A DNA stretch of 64,000 nucleotides, from positions 585-64,584 of the forward strand of contig CAUTNA010000004.1 in assembly GCA_963540515.1 (NCBI GenBank). The letters run 5' to 3'. The notes below the pieces were generated by a model that worked only from the letters and a program-made list of their open reading frames with translations, was not told the origin of the DNA and searched no databases. This stretch comes from an uncultured Alphaproteobacteria bacterium (GTDB taxonomy: Bacteria; Pseudomonadota; Alphaproteobacteria; Rs-D84). Positions 38,195-49,148 of this stretch are shown here, one piece after another (position 1 is the stretch's first letter; every line of letters begins with the position of its first letter). The translations under genes were made by a program, and so were the position numbers.

Positions 38195-41191
38195 CTATCT
38201 CTTACTTTTATTTTTAATTCTTTCAAAAGCAAAGAATATAGCAGGTGTTAAGAAAAAAGTAAGCGATAAACTTGCAATCATTCCACCTATCATTACAGCA
38301 GCCATTGATTGTTTTGAACCATCAGAATTAAATAACTGAGGTAACATTCCAGCAATGATAGCAATAGAAGTCATCAAAATCATATTCTTTTTATCTTTAA
38401 ATTCATTTGATAATGCACTATAAGTATCTTCACCATTTCTAATTCTTTGAATTGTTGGTTCTAAAACTATAATATTATTATTTACAACAAGTCCAACCAA
38501 CATAACAACAGCTAAAAGCGCAGCAATATTTATAGATGAACCTGATAAAAACAACATAGCAAAAACACCTATAAAACTTGTAATAATAGAAGAAGCTATT
38601 GTAAATGGATGAAGTAAAGAATTCATAATAGCGGCGAGCAACATAAATGTTAAAACAGTTGCTAATAAGAATGCTGTACCCATTTCAGAATTTGTTTCTG
38701 ATTGAATTTCTGACATACCTGCAAATTTATAACCATAACCTTCTTCAAATTTAATTTTTGATAACCTTCTTTCTATCTTTTTCTGTACAGGTCCTATTGT
38801 AGATTTACCTAAATTTATATCAATTTCTGTAATTCTACTTTTATTTAATCTGTAAATATTTGGAGTTGCTTTTTCTATTTTAATTTCTCCAAGAGAAGAA
38901 AGTGCAACTAAACCTTTATAAGAATTAACATAAACATCATCAAACATATTATAAGATATAAAAGGTTTAGAAAATTCAAAAATTATAGGATATTCTTTTC
39001 CACCCTCTTTATATTTATAAGAGTCATTACCAAAAATAGCAGTCCTTAATGTCATACCAGCATAAGAATTTTTAACTCCCCAAAAACTCATTTTTTTATC
39101 ATCAGATATAAACTTTATCTCATTATTTGCTTCTTGTGCTGCAAAAACAGAACTTTGGATCTCTGAAATAGAATTAATTATATCTAAAATTTCTTTTGCA
39201 TATTTTTCCCTTTTTTCATTATTATCTCCAAAAACATTAAGAACTAAATCAGATGAAATTGCACCACCTTGCATACCCTCCCCTGCTTTACCTCTTATTT
39301 CTACATCTGGAATAGAACTCAAAGATGGAAGAATTTTTTGAACTAATCTTTTATCAGATATACTTCTTTTACTTCTATCTTCAAGCTCAACTTTTATTGA
39401 AATATTTTGTACCCCTCTTTCCCCAATTTTAACAGATGTTGCTTTTACTTCTTTAAAGTTTGATAATTTCTCCTCAATTATTTTTACAACCTTTTCAGAC
39501 TTTTCAAATGTACTTCCTTGTGGGGTTCTGACATTAATAGAAATTTGATTATTATCAATACTTGGAGAAAATTCATTACCAACAAAACCTAATAATCCAA
39601 AAGATAAAACTAAACAAATTACCCAGAAAATTATAGTTTTTTTAGGATTATCATATTGATATTTAAGTGCTTTAAAAGATTCTTTTTTGTCAGCTTTTTC
39701 TTTTATTTTTTTATTTTTATTTGGTTTTAGAAGTAATGCAATCATCATAGGAGTTAAACTAAATGAAAACATCAAAGAAAGTATTGTTAAGTAAACAACA
39801 GTTAAACCAAATTGCAACATAAACTGACCTGCAATTCCACCCATAAATGCAAGAGGCAAGAAAACTACTATATTTGTTCCAACACCTGCTAAAATTGGAA
39901 CGATGACTTTTTTTGTACCATCTATTGAAGCATCTATAGAATTTTTTCCTTTATTCAATTCTTGAAGAGCTGATTCTATTAAAATAATTGCATTTGAAAC
40001 TAAAGTTCCAAGAGCAGAAGAATAAGCAAGTAAGGTCATTGAATTTATTGTAAAACCATTATTATTCATAAAGAAAAAACCAGAAATCAAAGAAACTGGA
40101 ATAACAACCCCAGCAATAATTGTAGATTGTTTGTTTCTTGTAAAGAATAATAAAACTATAACTGTAAATATAACACCTAAGATAATTCCATTAATAGTAC
40201 CCCTTGTATCATTAGAAATTGAAATAGATGAATCTGCTATTATTTTCATGGATGCATCTGGAAATTTTGATTTTAAAATTTCTTCAAAGCTTGAAATTTT
40301 CTTTCTTAAAGCTTTTGATATTTTAACAGCATTTCCATCAGATGCTTTTATAATAGATAGTATTATAACATCTTTTGAATTGTATCTTGCACCAGTTTCT
40401 ATATCTCTTATATCATCTTTTACTTCTGCTATTTCATCTAAAGTAAAATTTTGCCCTTCTGCATTTACTATTCTTAAATGTTTAATATCATCAATTGATT
40501 GAAATTCTCCTATAAATCTTACATTTGATGAACTTATACCTAATTCTATTTTGCCTCCAGGTACATTTAAATTCTTTGTTCCAAGCGCTGAAACTACATC
40601 CATAATTCCAACACCTTTAGAAGTCATTAATTCAGGATTAACATATATTCTTACGGCTCTTTTTTTACCACCAAATATATTCACATTTGCAATTCCATCA
40701 ATTGCAGTTATCTTATTTGATAAGTCATCTTTTATATATTCTTCTAAATCTCTTTGGTTTTTACCATCAATAACAATATCTATAACAGATTGTTGTAAAG
40801 GGTTAACTTTTTCAACGATAGGCTTTTTTAAATCTGTAGGAAATTCAGAAGAAATTGAATCTAATTTCGCTTTTATTTCTGATGCCTTCTCATTTACATC
40901 AACACCAAGTTTGAACTCTGATAAAATAAAACCTCCATTTTCAAAAATTTGGGAAGTTATATTTTTTATTCCAGAAGTCTCAGATATTACATCCTCTGCT
41001 TTTTTTATTACTTGAGACTCTATTTCTTCTGGAGATGCACCAGGATAAACAAAAGTAGAAGTAACATAAGGAAATTCAATTGATGGAGTTCTTTCTATTT
41101 TCATCTTAGGATAAGAAACAACTCCTAAAACAACCCAGAATAAAACAAACATCAATGTAGTTATTGGTCTTCTTACAAAAAAATTAATCAT
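38195..41191 (-). CDS. RND-family multidrug efflux transporter (AcrB-like, HAE1)
   Basis: 998 aa; 12-TM architecture with two large periplasmic loops and AcrB-family similarity. Confidence 0.85.
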   Translation of the reverse strand: MINFFVRRPITTLMFVLFWVVLGVVSYPKMKIERTPSIEFPYVTSTFVYPGASPEEIESQVIKKAEDVISETSGIKNITSQIFENGGFILSEFKLGVDVNEKASEIKAKLDSISSEFPTDLKKPIVEKVNPLQQSVIDIVIDGKNQRDLEEYIKDDLSNKITAIDGIANVNIFGGKKRAVRIYVNPELMTSKGVGIMDVVSALGTKNLNVPGGKIELGISSSNVRFIGEFQSIDDIKHLRIVNAEGQNFTLDEIAEVKDDIRDIETGARYNSKDVIILSIIKASDGNAVKISKALRKKISSFEEILKSKFPDASMKIIADSSISISNDTRGTINGIILGVIFTVIVLLFFTRNKQSTIIAGVVIPVSLISGFFFMNNNGFTINSMTLLAYSSALGTLVSNAIILIESALQELNKGKNSIDASIDGTKKVIVPILAGVGTNIVVFLPLAFMGGIAGQFMLQFGLTVVYLTILSLMFSFSLTPMMIALLLKPNKNKKIKEKADKKESFKALKYQYDNPKKTIIFWVICLVLSFGLLGFVGNEFSPSIDNNQISINVRTPQGSTFEKSEKVVKIIEEKLSNFKEVKATSVKIGERGVQNISIKVELEDRSKRSISDKRLVQKILPSLSSIPDVEIRGKAGEGMQGGAISSDLVLNVFGDNNEKREKYAKEILDIINSISEIQSSVFAAQEANNEIKFISDDKKMSFWGVKNSYAGMTLRTAIFGNDSYKYKEGGKEYPIIFEFSKPFISYNMFDDVYVNSYKGLVALSSLGEIKIEKATPNIYRLNKSRITEIDINLGKSTIGPVQKKIERRLSKIKFEEGYGYKFAGMSEIQSETNSEMGTAFLLATVLTFMLLAAIMNSLLHPFTIASSIITSFIGVFAMLFLSGSSINIAALLAVVMLVGLVVNNNIIVLEPTIQRIRNGEDTYSALSNEFKDKKNMILMTSIAIIAGMLPQLFNSDGSKQSMAAVMIGGMIASLSLTFFLTPAIFFAFERIKNKSKR

Positions 41192-41203
41192 TTGAATTCT
41201 CCA

Positions 41204-41836
41204 TTAAATTTCTGAAATTTTTACTTTTTGATTATTTTCTACTTTAGAAAGAATGACAATATCACCATCATCCAATCCTTTTACAAGAGCATTTGAAGAA
41301 TCTTTATCTATAATATCAACTTTTGTTTCTATTGCCCTGCCATTTTTTAATAAGAATACTTTATTTTTATAAAGTGCATATATTGGGATAAAAAAACCTT
41401 TTCTTTCCATCTCAACATAATTTATACCATCTTCTACATTTTTAGTTTTTATGATACACATTCCTGTATCAAGATTTATATTTCTTGATACAAAAATAAT
41501 TTCACCATTACCTATTTTTTGACCTACTTTAAATTTATATATTCTTTTAATTGATATAAATGTTTTATTATTTTTTATAAATAAAGGTTCCTTCAAATAA
41601 TTAATTTCTTCTTTTATAGCATAAACATTTACAGGAATACCATATTCAATATTATTTCTAGATATATTGAAAACACTTCTAGCTTTTTCTATACTAAAAA
41701 CAATTATTCTAAATAAACTTAGCAAAGATATAAAAATAATAACTCCAAGAATTATATTTTTTTTAGTCAGCTTAACATTTAGAATTTTTTCAATTATTTC
41801 TAATAGTTTATTCTTTAATTTGTTCATTTTGTTCAT
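41204..41836 (-). CDS. Short membrane-fusion (periplasmic adaptor) protein, apparently lacking the alpha-helical hairpin (start uncertain)
   Basis: N-terminal TM plus beta-barrel/lipoyl-like segments only, about 210 aa; located between the tolC-like and RND genes. Confidence 0.45.
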   Translation of the reverse strand: MNKMNKLKNKLLEIIEKILNVKLTKKNIILGVIIFISLLSLFRIIVFSIEKARSVFNISRNNIEYGIPVNVYAIKEEINYLKEPLFIKNNKTFISIKRIYKFKVGQKIGNGEIIFVSRNINLDTGMCIIKTKNVEDGINYVEMERKGFFIPIYALYKNKVFLLKNGRAIETKVDIIDKDSSNALVKGLDDGDIVILSKVENNQKVKISEI

Positions 41837-43160
41837 TATAACCACCAATTTTATTAATAGATTCTTTTGACATTAAAATATTATATTTAGAGACCAAAAG
41901 TGCCAAATCTAATTTTGCAAGCCCAGCCTGAACTTCCGCTAATTCTATCGCAGAAGTTTGACCAGAGATAAATCTATCTCTTGAAATATTATAAGCTTTC
42001 CTTGCTAAATTTCTCGCATTCTCTAAATTAGAAAGATTTTTTCTTAAATGATTATATTTTCTTATTGCTGTTCTATATTCTTCTATTTTCATTTTTTTGG
42101 ATTTATCAAAATTTTGTCTTGCAACCTCTGCATTCATAGATTCGATAGTTGCATTTGCACGTGACAGTCCACCATCAAAAATAGGTACTTGCAGAGACAA
42201 ACCAACATAAGCAGATTGACTTTTATTACCTTCAAATACATTTATATCTGAGTGTGTTGCTGTATAGCTGTATGATCCAATTGCAGCAAGTAGTGGATAA
42301 TGGTTTGACCTTTTAGAAGAAGCATTTGATTCATACATTTGAATTTTTTTATCCATAATTTCTAATTCAGGATTAGATTCCAACTCTTTTTCTTCTATTT
42401 CTTCAAAAGAATTTGGAAAATTATCAACTAAATTAATTTTTTCATCCTTATCTAGTCCAGCAAAAATTTTTAAAGTTCTGTATGCTATATCTCTATTAAA
42501 TATAGCATCAGAAAGTTCTATTTCTTTGCCAGCAATATCAGATTCTATTTTTACTAAGTTTGCCCTACTAACACGTCCTGCAGAAAGTAATTGTCTTTTT
42601 GCAGAAACAGTATCAGATAATAATTTTTCAGATATCTTAACTTGTTCATCAACCATCTTTGCTGTCCAATAAATATTATTAGCAGCATACTTTACCTCTC
42701 TCATAGTAATATCATAACCAAGTTTGGACATTTCAACCGCTTGTCTCAGAGAATCTACAGCATTTCCTATTCTACCAAAAGTATAAATAGGCTGCTTTAA
42801 TTTAACACTTGCAGATAAAATATTATCAGGAAGTTCTTTACCTTTTAAAATTTGATTAAATGGAGGTCTTAACATTCCTAGAACCATATCAGGAATTACC
42901 ATTCCCTTCCCTTCTAATGGTCTTTCTACATCTATCAAATTCATATAATTTACACTTCCATCTATAGAAAACCATCTATTAGCATTTACACTGTCGAGCA
43001 TAGCAGAAGATTTTTTTAAATTAGCCTCTGCACTTTTTAAATCTTGAGATTCAGTTACAATTTTATCTATTGTATCATTTAGAGTTAAGTCTAACCCAAA
43101 AGATTTAAATAAAGGAATAAAAAACAAACTAAATAAAAACAATAATTTTAATTTATACAT
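41808..43160 (-). CDS. TolC-like outer-membrane efflux protein
   Basis: Signal peptide and two OEP repeats; 450 aa. Confidence 0.7.
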   Translation of the reverse strand: MYKLKLLFLFSLFFIPLFKSFGLDLTLNDTIDKIVTESQDLKSAEANLKKSSAMLDSVNANRWFSIDGSVNYMNLIDVERPLEGKGMVIPDMVLGMLRPPFNQILKGKELPDNILSASVKLKQPIYTFGRIGNAVDSLRQAVEMSKLGYDITMREVKYAANNIYWTAKMVDEQVKISEKLLSDTVSAKRQLLSAGRVSRANLVKIESDIAGKEIELSDAIFNRDIAYRTLKIFAGLDKDEKINLVDNFPNSFEEIEEKELESNPELEIMDKKIQMYESNASSKRSNHYPLLAAIGSYSYTATHSDINVFEGNKSQSAYVGLSLQVPIFDGGLSRANATIESMNAEVARQNFDKSKKMKIEEYRTAIRKYNHLRKNLSNLENARNLARKAYNISRDRFISGQTSAIELAEVQAGLAKLDLALLVSKYNILMSKESINKIGGYNEQNEQIKE

Positions 43161-43644
43161 TTAAATTCTCCGTCTTTTTCAAAACATCTCTGATTAATAT
43201 TAATGAATCTGTAAGAGATTTTTCATCTTTCTTATCTAAAGAAGAAAATAAATTTTCAATACGAATTCTTGTTTTATTAATTACATATCTTGCAAACCTG
43301 CTTCCAAGTTCAGTTACGCAATACCAAGTATTTCTTCTATCATTTTCATCAACATATCTTGAAACTAAATTTTCACTTTCTAGTTTTCTGAAAGTCGCAC
43401 ACAGATTAGGAGTTGTAACATACTCACGAAAAGCAATATCTTTTAATTTTGCCTTACCACCAATATGAAGACGACATAAAACAGTTAATTGTTGTCTTGA
43501 ATATTTAGAAGAGCTTATAGAACCAGATAGATTTAATTTGCTAGTTATTCTATCCAAACTTAATAAACATTCTTCTATTAAAAAAACAAATTCTTTTTTT
43601 GACATATAATTATTAAGAGATTTAATAATTATATATTTTAACAA
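43153..43644 (-). CDS. MarR-family transcriptional regulator
   Basis: Winged-helix region with DENDRRNTWYCVTELG; first gene of the efflux operon. Confidence 0.65.
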   Translation of the reverse strand: MLKYIIIKSLNNYMSKKEFVFLIEECLLSLDRITSKLNLSGSISSSKYSRQQLTVLCRLHIGGKAKLKDIAFREYVTTPNLCATFRKLESENLVSRYVDENDRRNTWYCVTELGSRFARYVINKTRIRIENLFSSLDKKDEKSLTDSLILIRDVLKKTENLNV

Positions 43645-43677
43645 ATTAATATCAAGTAATATTTAATATAATCTACT

Positions 43678-44364
43678 TTAATGGTTATCTAACATTTTTT
43701 GCATAAAAGTATTATGTTGCTCTAGTTCTTCATCAGATGCATAAAAATGTCTTTCTGGAAAATTATATGTTCCTTTTGGTATATTTAACAGTGCATTATG
43801 TTGCTCTTCTCTATATTCATCCACTGTTTTTAATGGTTTTATTTTTTTTAATTCTAAAAATACTTTTGCTAAAATTTCAGAGTCAATCAAAGCACCATGG
43901 GCATAAGAACGAGATTCCAAAGATATATTAAACCATTTTGCTAAAGCATCTAAACTATACTTTGTTTCATATAGCTTCTCTTTTGCTAAAATCAGAGAAT
44001 CTATTTGTTGTTCTTTTTCTATTATTGGTAAATTAACATTTTTTAATTCATGATTTATAAAAGGAAAATCAAAATATTTTCCATTGTGTGCAATAATTTT
44101 GGAATCTCCAACAAACTTTAAAAAATTGGGAGCAACATCTTTAAATAAAGGTTTATCTTCAAGAAATTTATTTGATATTTTATGAACTTGATATGAACTG
44201 TCAGGAATTTCCTTTCCTTCTGGATTTACAAAACTGTGAAAAGAATTTTCTGTTATTTCATCGTTTAATATCTCAACTGCTCCAATTTCAATAATTCTAT
44301 GTCCTTCTAAATAATCAAAACTGGTAGTTTCTATATCAAAACAAACTAATCTTTCAATTTTCAT
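43678..44364 (-). CDS. DEDDh 3'-5' exonuclease, DnaQ (Pol III epsilon)-like
   Basis: Exo I CFDIETTS, Exo II HNGKYFDFPFI, Exo III YAHGALIDSEILAKVF. Confidence 0.7.
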   Translation of the reverse strand: MKIERLVCFDIETTSFDYLEGHRIIEIGAVEILNDEITENSFHSFVNPEGKEIPDSSYQVHKISNKFLEDKPLFKDVAPNFLKFVGDSKIIAHNGKYFDFPFINHELKNVNLPIIEKEQQIDSLILAKEKLYETKYSLDALAKWFNISLESRSYAHGALIDSEILAKVFLELKKIKPLKTVDEYREEQHNALLNIPKGTYNFPERHFYASDEELEQHNTFMQKMLDNH

Positions 44365-44390
44365 ACTTTTTATATATCATATTAAAAGAC

Positions 44391-46403
44391 ATGAATCAAT
44401 TGCTAGAAAATCTTAATAATCAACAAATCAAAGCAGTTAAGCAAACAGAAGGATCTTTACTTGTATTATCTGGTGCAGGAACAGGTAAAACAAGAGTTTT
44501 AATCGCAAGAACAAAATATATACTTGATAATAATCTTGCAAAACCATGGCAAATAATGCTTCTTACTTTTACCAATAAAGCAGCAAATGAAATAAAAAAT
44601 AGATTAATAAAAAATATCGATTCAATTATTAATATTTCAGATCTTTGGGTTGGAACATTTCATTCAATTTGTCTTAAAATTTTAAGAGCCAACTTTGAAA
44701 AAGCAGGACTTAATCAAAACTTTATAATTTTAGGAGAGGATGAACAAAAAACAGTAATAAAATCAGCTATATCTAATATGAATTTAGATCCAAAAGGATA
44801 CGATATTTCAGGGTTAATAGATAGTTTTTCTCTAATAAAAGACAAAGGTCTAAACTCTTCTAATAATGAAAAAGATAAAATATTTCAAGAATACAACAAA
44901 GAACTTAAAAGACTAAACGCTATTGATTTTGGTGATATTATTATAAAAGTTATAGATTTATTTAATTTAAATCCAACTATAGCAGAAAAATATCAGAAAC
45001 AGTTTAAATATATAATGGTTGATGAGTTTCAAGATACAAATGTATCTCAATATGAATTTCTAAAAAAAATATCTTCTCTAAATAAAAATATTTGTTGCGT
45101 TGGAGATGATGATCAATCTATTTATTCTTGGAGAGGTGCTGAAATAAAAAACATGCTAGATTTTGGCAAACATTTTGAAAGTACAGAAATAATAAGATTG
45201 GAAACTAATTACAGAAGTACTAAAAATATATTAGGAGTTGCAAATTCTTTAATATCAAATAATAAATCAAGACTTGGAAAAACATTAAATACTTCAAACG
45301 ATGATAATAATGAAAAAGTTTATATTTTTAATATTCCAACTGATAAAGATGAAGCAAAGTTTATATCTAAAACTATTTTAGATAATAAATTTAAATTATC
45401 TGATACTGCTATACTTATCAGAAATGGATCTTTATCAAGAGTTTTTGAAGAAGAATTCACAAGATTAAATATTCCGTATAGATTAATTGGAACTATAAAA
45501 TTTTATGAAAGAGCAGAAATTCGTGATGTAATTGCGTACATTCGTCTTCTAGTATATCCATTTGATGATATATCTTTTACAAGAATAATATCGAAACCAT
45601 CACGTGGATTTGGAGAATCTACTATTTCAAAATTAAGAGAACTTAATTGTAATTACATGCAAGGATTATCAAAACTTAAATTATCAAAAAAACAAATAGA
45701 TTCTAAAGATTCTTTTTTTAAAACTTTTGATTTTGATTGGAAAAGATTAACACCAAAAGAATCAGTTAAAACTTTACTAGAAAGATCTGGATATTTAAAA
45801 TTTTGGGAAAAAAATCCTGATTTATCAGAAAGGCTTAACAATATTAATGATTTAGTTGAAAATGTAATTCCACAATATGAAACTTTAGAATCGTTTCTTG
45901 AAAATGCATCTCTTATGATGATTGAAGAGAGCAACTCTAATAATAAAACAAAAGATTGTTTATCTATAATGTCAATTCACGCTTCAAAGGGACTTGAATT
46001 TGATAATATTTTTTTGCCTGCTTTTGAAGAGGGTATTATTCCAAACGACAAATCTGTAAGAGAAGGAAGTATTGAAGAAGAACGAAGACTTGCCTATGTT
46101 GCTATAACAAGAGCTAAAAAAAGATTAATAATAACAAATTGTTTTTCCAGATTTATGTTTGGAAAAACTCAATATAATAATCAAAGTAGATTTTTAAATG
46201 AAATAGATTATAGCTTTACAAATTTATCTGAAAAAAAATTAAATTCTAATTATCAAAATAATAATATTGTTGGAAGATATATTTTACATAAAGAGATGGG
46301 AAAAGGACTTGTATTAGAAAATAACTCAACTGTTTTAACAGTCTATTTTTCAAAACATGGAATAAAAAAAGTATTGGAAGATTTTGTAAAACTCATAGAT
46401 TAA
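44391..46403 (+). CDS. uvrD: UvrD/Rep-family ATP-dependent DNA helicase
   Basis: Walker A GAGTGKT, DEFQDTN, and motifs IV-VI including VAITRAK. Confidence 0.85.
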   Translation: MNQLLENLNNQQIKAVKQTEGSLLVLSGAGTGKTRVLIARTKYILDNNLAKPWQIMLLTFTNKAANEIKNRLIKNIDSIINISDLWVGTFHSICLKILRANFEKAGLNQNFIILGEDEQKTVIKSAISNMNLDPKGYDISGLIDSFSLIKDKGLNSSNNEKDKIFQEYNKELKRLNAIDFGDIIIKVIDLFNLNPTIAEKYQKQFKYIMVDEFQDTNVSQYEFLKKISSLNKNICCVGDDDQSIYSWRGAEIKNMLDFGKHFESTEIIRLETNYRSTKNILGVANSLISNNKSRLGKTLNTSNDDNNEKVYIFNIPTDKDEAKFISKTILDNKFKLSDTAILIRNGSLSRVFEEEFTRLNIPYRLIGTIKFYERAEIRDVIAYIRLLVYPFDDISFTRIISKPSRGFGESTISKLRELNCNYMQGLSKLKLSKKQIDSKDSFFKTFDFDWKRLTPKESVKTLLERSGYLKFWEKNPDLSERLNNINDLVENVIPQYETLESFLENASLMMIEESNSNNKTKDCLSIMSIHASKGLEFDNIFLPAFEEGIIPNDKSVREGSIEEERRLAYVAITRAKKRLIITNCFSRFMFGKTQYNNQSRFLNEIDYSFTNLSEKKLNSNYQNNNIVGRYILHKEMGKGLVLENNSTVLTVYFSKHGIKKVLEDFVKLID

Positions 46404-46410
46404 TAATTAT

Positions 46411-47721
46411 TTATTTTTTTAAAGCATCTTTTGTAGATTTATAAATTTTTTGTATATCTGAAATTAATTTCTTAACATCACTAACAATTTTATTACCACT
46501 TGAAGTATCTACACTTCCACCAATACTTTTAGCAAAAAATTCTGTTTTAGTTAATAGGTATCCAATAAGTAATCCAGAGATTAAAAGTGTTATAGAGTCA
46601 TAATTTTCTGCATTTGAAACTGATTTAAAATCTATACCAACACCAGCAAAAATAGCAAAACATAGTGATATAATAATAGATAAAGATATAAAATATATTA
46701 TTGCATTTACAAACCTTTGAATTGCTGAATCTAAAGAATTTCCATTAAATATCCCCATAAATTTATTGAAAACAACTCCTGCATACCCATCATAACTTGT
46801 TCTCATACTACCACCAGATACAATAGTATTTGTTACACTTGTAAAAATATTTGAATTTGAATCTTCTTTTCCAGAAAAACAATGTGATATTGCAGTGAAA
46901 GGCAACATTAATATTACTAAAAACAAATCAACAATAACTGAAAAAGACATTAAAGCAAATTTCCATATATTTATTAAAAATATAAAAACTAAAGAAACTC
47001 CTAAAATAAAAGTAAAAGCACTTGTTCCAATACCTAAAAACATTAACTTAAAACCAGAAACTATTGCAGAATAAAAAAAACCAGAAAATCTTGTCGATAA
47101 ACACAGTAGAGAAGATATATCTTCTGATTGAAGAATACTAGTTGTTGAATTACCAACAAAATTTTGTACAGCCGTACAAGTATCTGGTAAATTAGTTCCT
47201 ATAGAACTTGCAACAGAACCCAAAATTGTATCCGAAATTAAAGTACCTAACATAAGTAAAGGTTTTATTATCCACATAAATAATTGTTCTGGGGACTGCT
47301 GTATTATAAATATCCATATAAAGATAAGTATTGCCTTCTTTACAGCACTTTCAAATAATATACTTGGTTTTGATGACTTCTTTATCATTTGATAAATTTC
47401 TAAGGTTAACCAAAAAATTAAAGCAATTGTCATAAATATAGATACAAAATCAACAAATGAATTTTTCAGAATATAACTAATATTTGACATAGCTTTTATA
47501 AGAGCAAATCCAAGCCTTGCTTCAATTGGTACAAAAGTTTTATCTGAAAAGCTTGTCTGAAATGTTCCTTGGAAATTTTCTAAATCTGTTTTTATTGTTG
47601 AATTTATTGATTCTCTATTGTTTTCCGTTGTCCAAGAACCAAAATTTCCGATATCCCCACTATCACCAAAACAATTAGATGAAAATATTAAAGCAATTAA
47701 AAGAATTATTTTTTTTATCAT
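46411..47721 (-). CDS. VirB6/TrbL-like polytopic membrane protein, paralog 1
   Basis: Signal peptide, periplasmic N-domain and at least 5 TMs; tandem with four similar genes. Confidence 0.4.
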   Translation of the reverse strand: MIKKIILLIALIFSSNCFGDSGDIGNFGSWTTENNRESINSTIKTDLENFQGTFQTSFSDKTFVPIEARLGFALIKAMSNISYILKNSFVDFVSIFMTIALIFWLTLEIYQMIKKSSKPSILFESAVKKAILIFIWIFIIQQSPEQLFMWIIKPLLMLGTLISDTILGSVASSIGTNLPDTCTAVQNFVGNSTTSILQSEDISSLLCLSTRFSGFFYSAIVSGFKLMFLGIGTSAFTFILGVSLVFIFLINIWKFALMSFSVIVDLFLVILMLPFTAISHCFSGKEDSNSNIFTSVTNTIVSGGSMRTSYDGYAGVVFNKFMGIFNGNSLDSAIQRFVNAIIYFISLSIIISLCFAIFAGVGIDFKSVSNAENYDSITLLISGLLIGYLLTKTEFFAKSIGGSVDTSSGNKIVSDVKKLISDIQKIYKSTKDALKK

Positions 47722-49145
47722 TTACTTTTATTTACCATTTTTAATATTCTCTCGGGAATACTTTTTACCGTTTTACCAAGAGTTTTTAAATATCCTCCAT
47801 AATCAAATTCTTCTTTTCCAATACTACCTAATATTTCATCTATTTTTGGAGAAACTAAATAAAAATATATAAAAAATATTCCTATCATAAGAATTATAAA
47901 TTCAAAACCATTATCCATAAAATCAAAAGCCCCAGGATATTTTCTTTCTACTTCTGCTTTTTTTGCTGTAAAACAATTCTTAAATTTATCTTTATCTAAC
48001 TTTCCATCTTCAATAGATATTTTTTCACAATTTGAAAAGACAGAAATTATACTATCAGTCTTTGCATCTATATTTTGTTTATTTTCTAATATTGGAGGTA
48101 ATATTGCATTATAACCATCTTGCGGTGCTGGAAAATATTCATCTGCACAAAATGATATAATAGAATATAAAACTAACGTTTTTAAAGTTACAGATACTAT
48201 TTTTACAGAAGAATCTATAATCATATTAAATGCGTTTGGAACAACATTTTTTGCAATAGTCCAAGTTTTTTCAAATGTATAAAAAAATATAATAATAGGA
48301 AAAAAAATAATAATAAATATTAATTTAAATAAAACAGATAATATTTGAAAAAATAGATTAAAACCAATTAACATAAACATAATAATAAGCCCAAAACCAG
48401 CTAACCAAGTGAGTGTTCCGCCACCAAGTCCAAGCCAAGAATAATTCATCAATGCAAAGCCACCAGATACACCTGCAAGACTTATGAAATTTATATTTGA
48501 AATTGTGCACATAAAAGGGCGCATAATTGGATTCAACAAATCATTTGATTCTTTTATCTCCATATTACAACTTGATGAGTATGCAGTTTTTGTTGCAATC
48601 ATAGATATTTCACTACCTATCAACATAACAGGTGATATTACTATACTTGATAAAGACTTTAAGAAAGAAATATTTGAATTATTAGTGTTTGCAAATACTA
48701 AAAAACTTCCAACTATAATTACTCTGATACCTTGGTTTAGTATTTTATCAAATAAAGGTTTAAATTCTAATTTCTTATCCCCTGCATCCAAAACAGCATT
48801 TTTTTTCGATGCTTCATATAAGTGCTCTGCTATTGATACAATTAGAAATATTCCAAACCCTAAGAAAACTAATAAAGATAAAGTTCCAACTATTTTTATC
48901 CAGAAATTTTCTGCAACATTCCCAATCATTGCAAAAAGTCTTTCTATATAACTACACAAAAAACAACTGTTTGATGAAGCTATATCACCATCTTTTACAC
49001 CAATAGCAGATAAAAAATTATCTATACTTGAAAAAGATATTGAAGATCCACCAATTGCAACCGAAACATACCAAACACCTAATCCTATCAATATAAGATT
49101 AATACCAAATTTTATACATAAAGAAACAATTTTTGCTTTTAACAT
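47718..49145 (-). CDS. VirB6/TrbL-like polytopic membrane protein, paralog 2
   Basis: N-terminal CFLCSYIERLF motif shared with paralogs 3 and 5; multi-TM; 4-nt overlap with paralog 1. Confidence 0.4.
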   Translation of the reverse strand: MLKAKIVSLCIKFGINLILIGLGVWYVSVAIGGSSISFSSIDNFLSAIGVKDGDIASSNSCFLCSYIERLFAMIGNVAENFWIKIVGTLSLLVFLGFGIFLIVSIAEHLYEASKKNAVLDAGDKKLEFKPLFDKILNQGIRVIIVGSFLVFANTNNSNISFLKSLSSIVISPVMLIGSEISMIATKTAYSSSCNMEIKESNDLLNPIMRPFMCTISNINFISLAGVSGGFALMNYSWLGLGGGTLTWLAGFGLIIMFMLIGFNLFFQILSVLFKLIFIIIFFPIIIFFYTFEKTWTIAKNVVPNAFNMIIDSSVKIVSVTLKTLVLYSIISFCADEYFPAPQDGYNAILPPILENKQNIDAKTDSIISVFSNCEKISIEDGKLDKDKFKNCFTAKKAEVERKYPGAFDFMDNGFEFIILMIGIFFIYFYLVSPKIDEILGSIGKEEFDYGGYLKTLGKTVKSIPERILKMVNKSK

Positions 49146-49148
49146 TTA

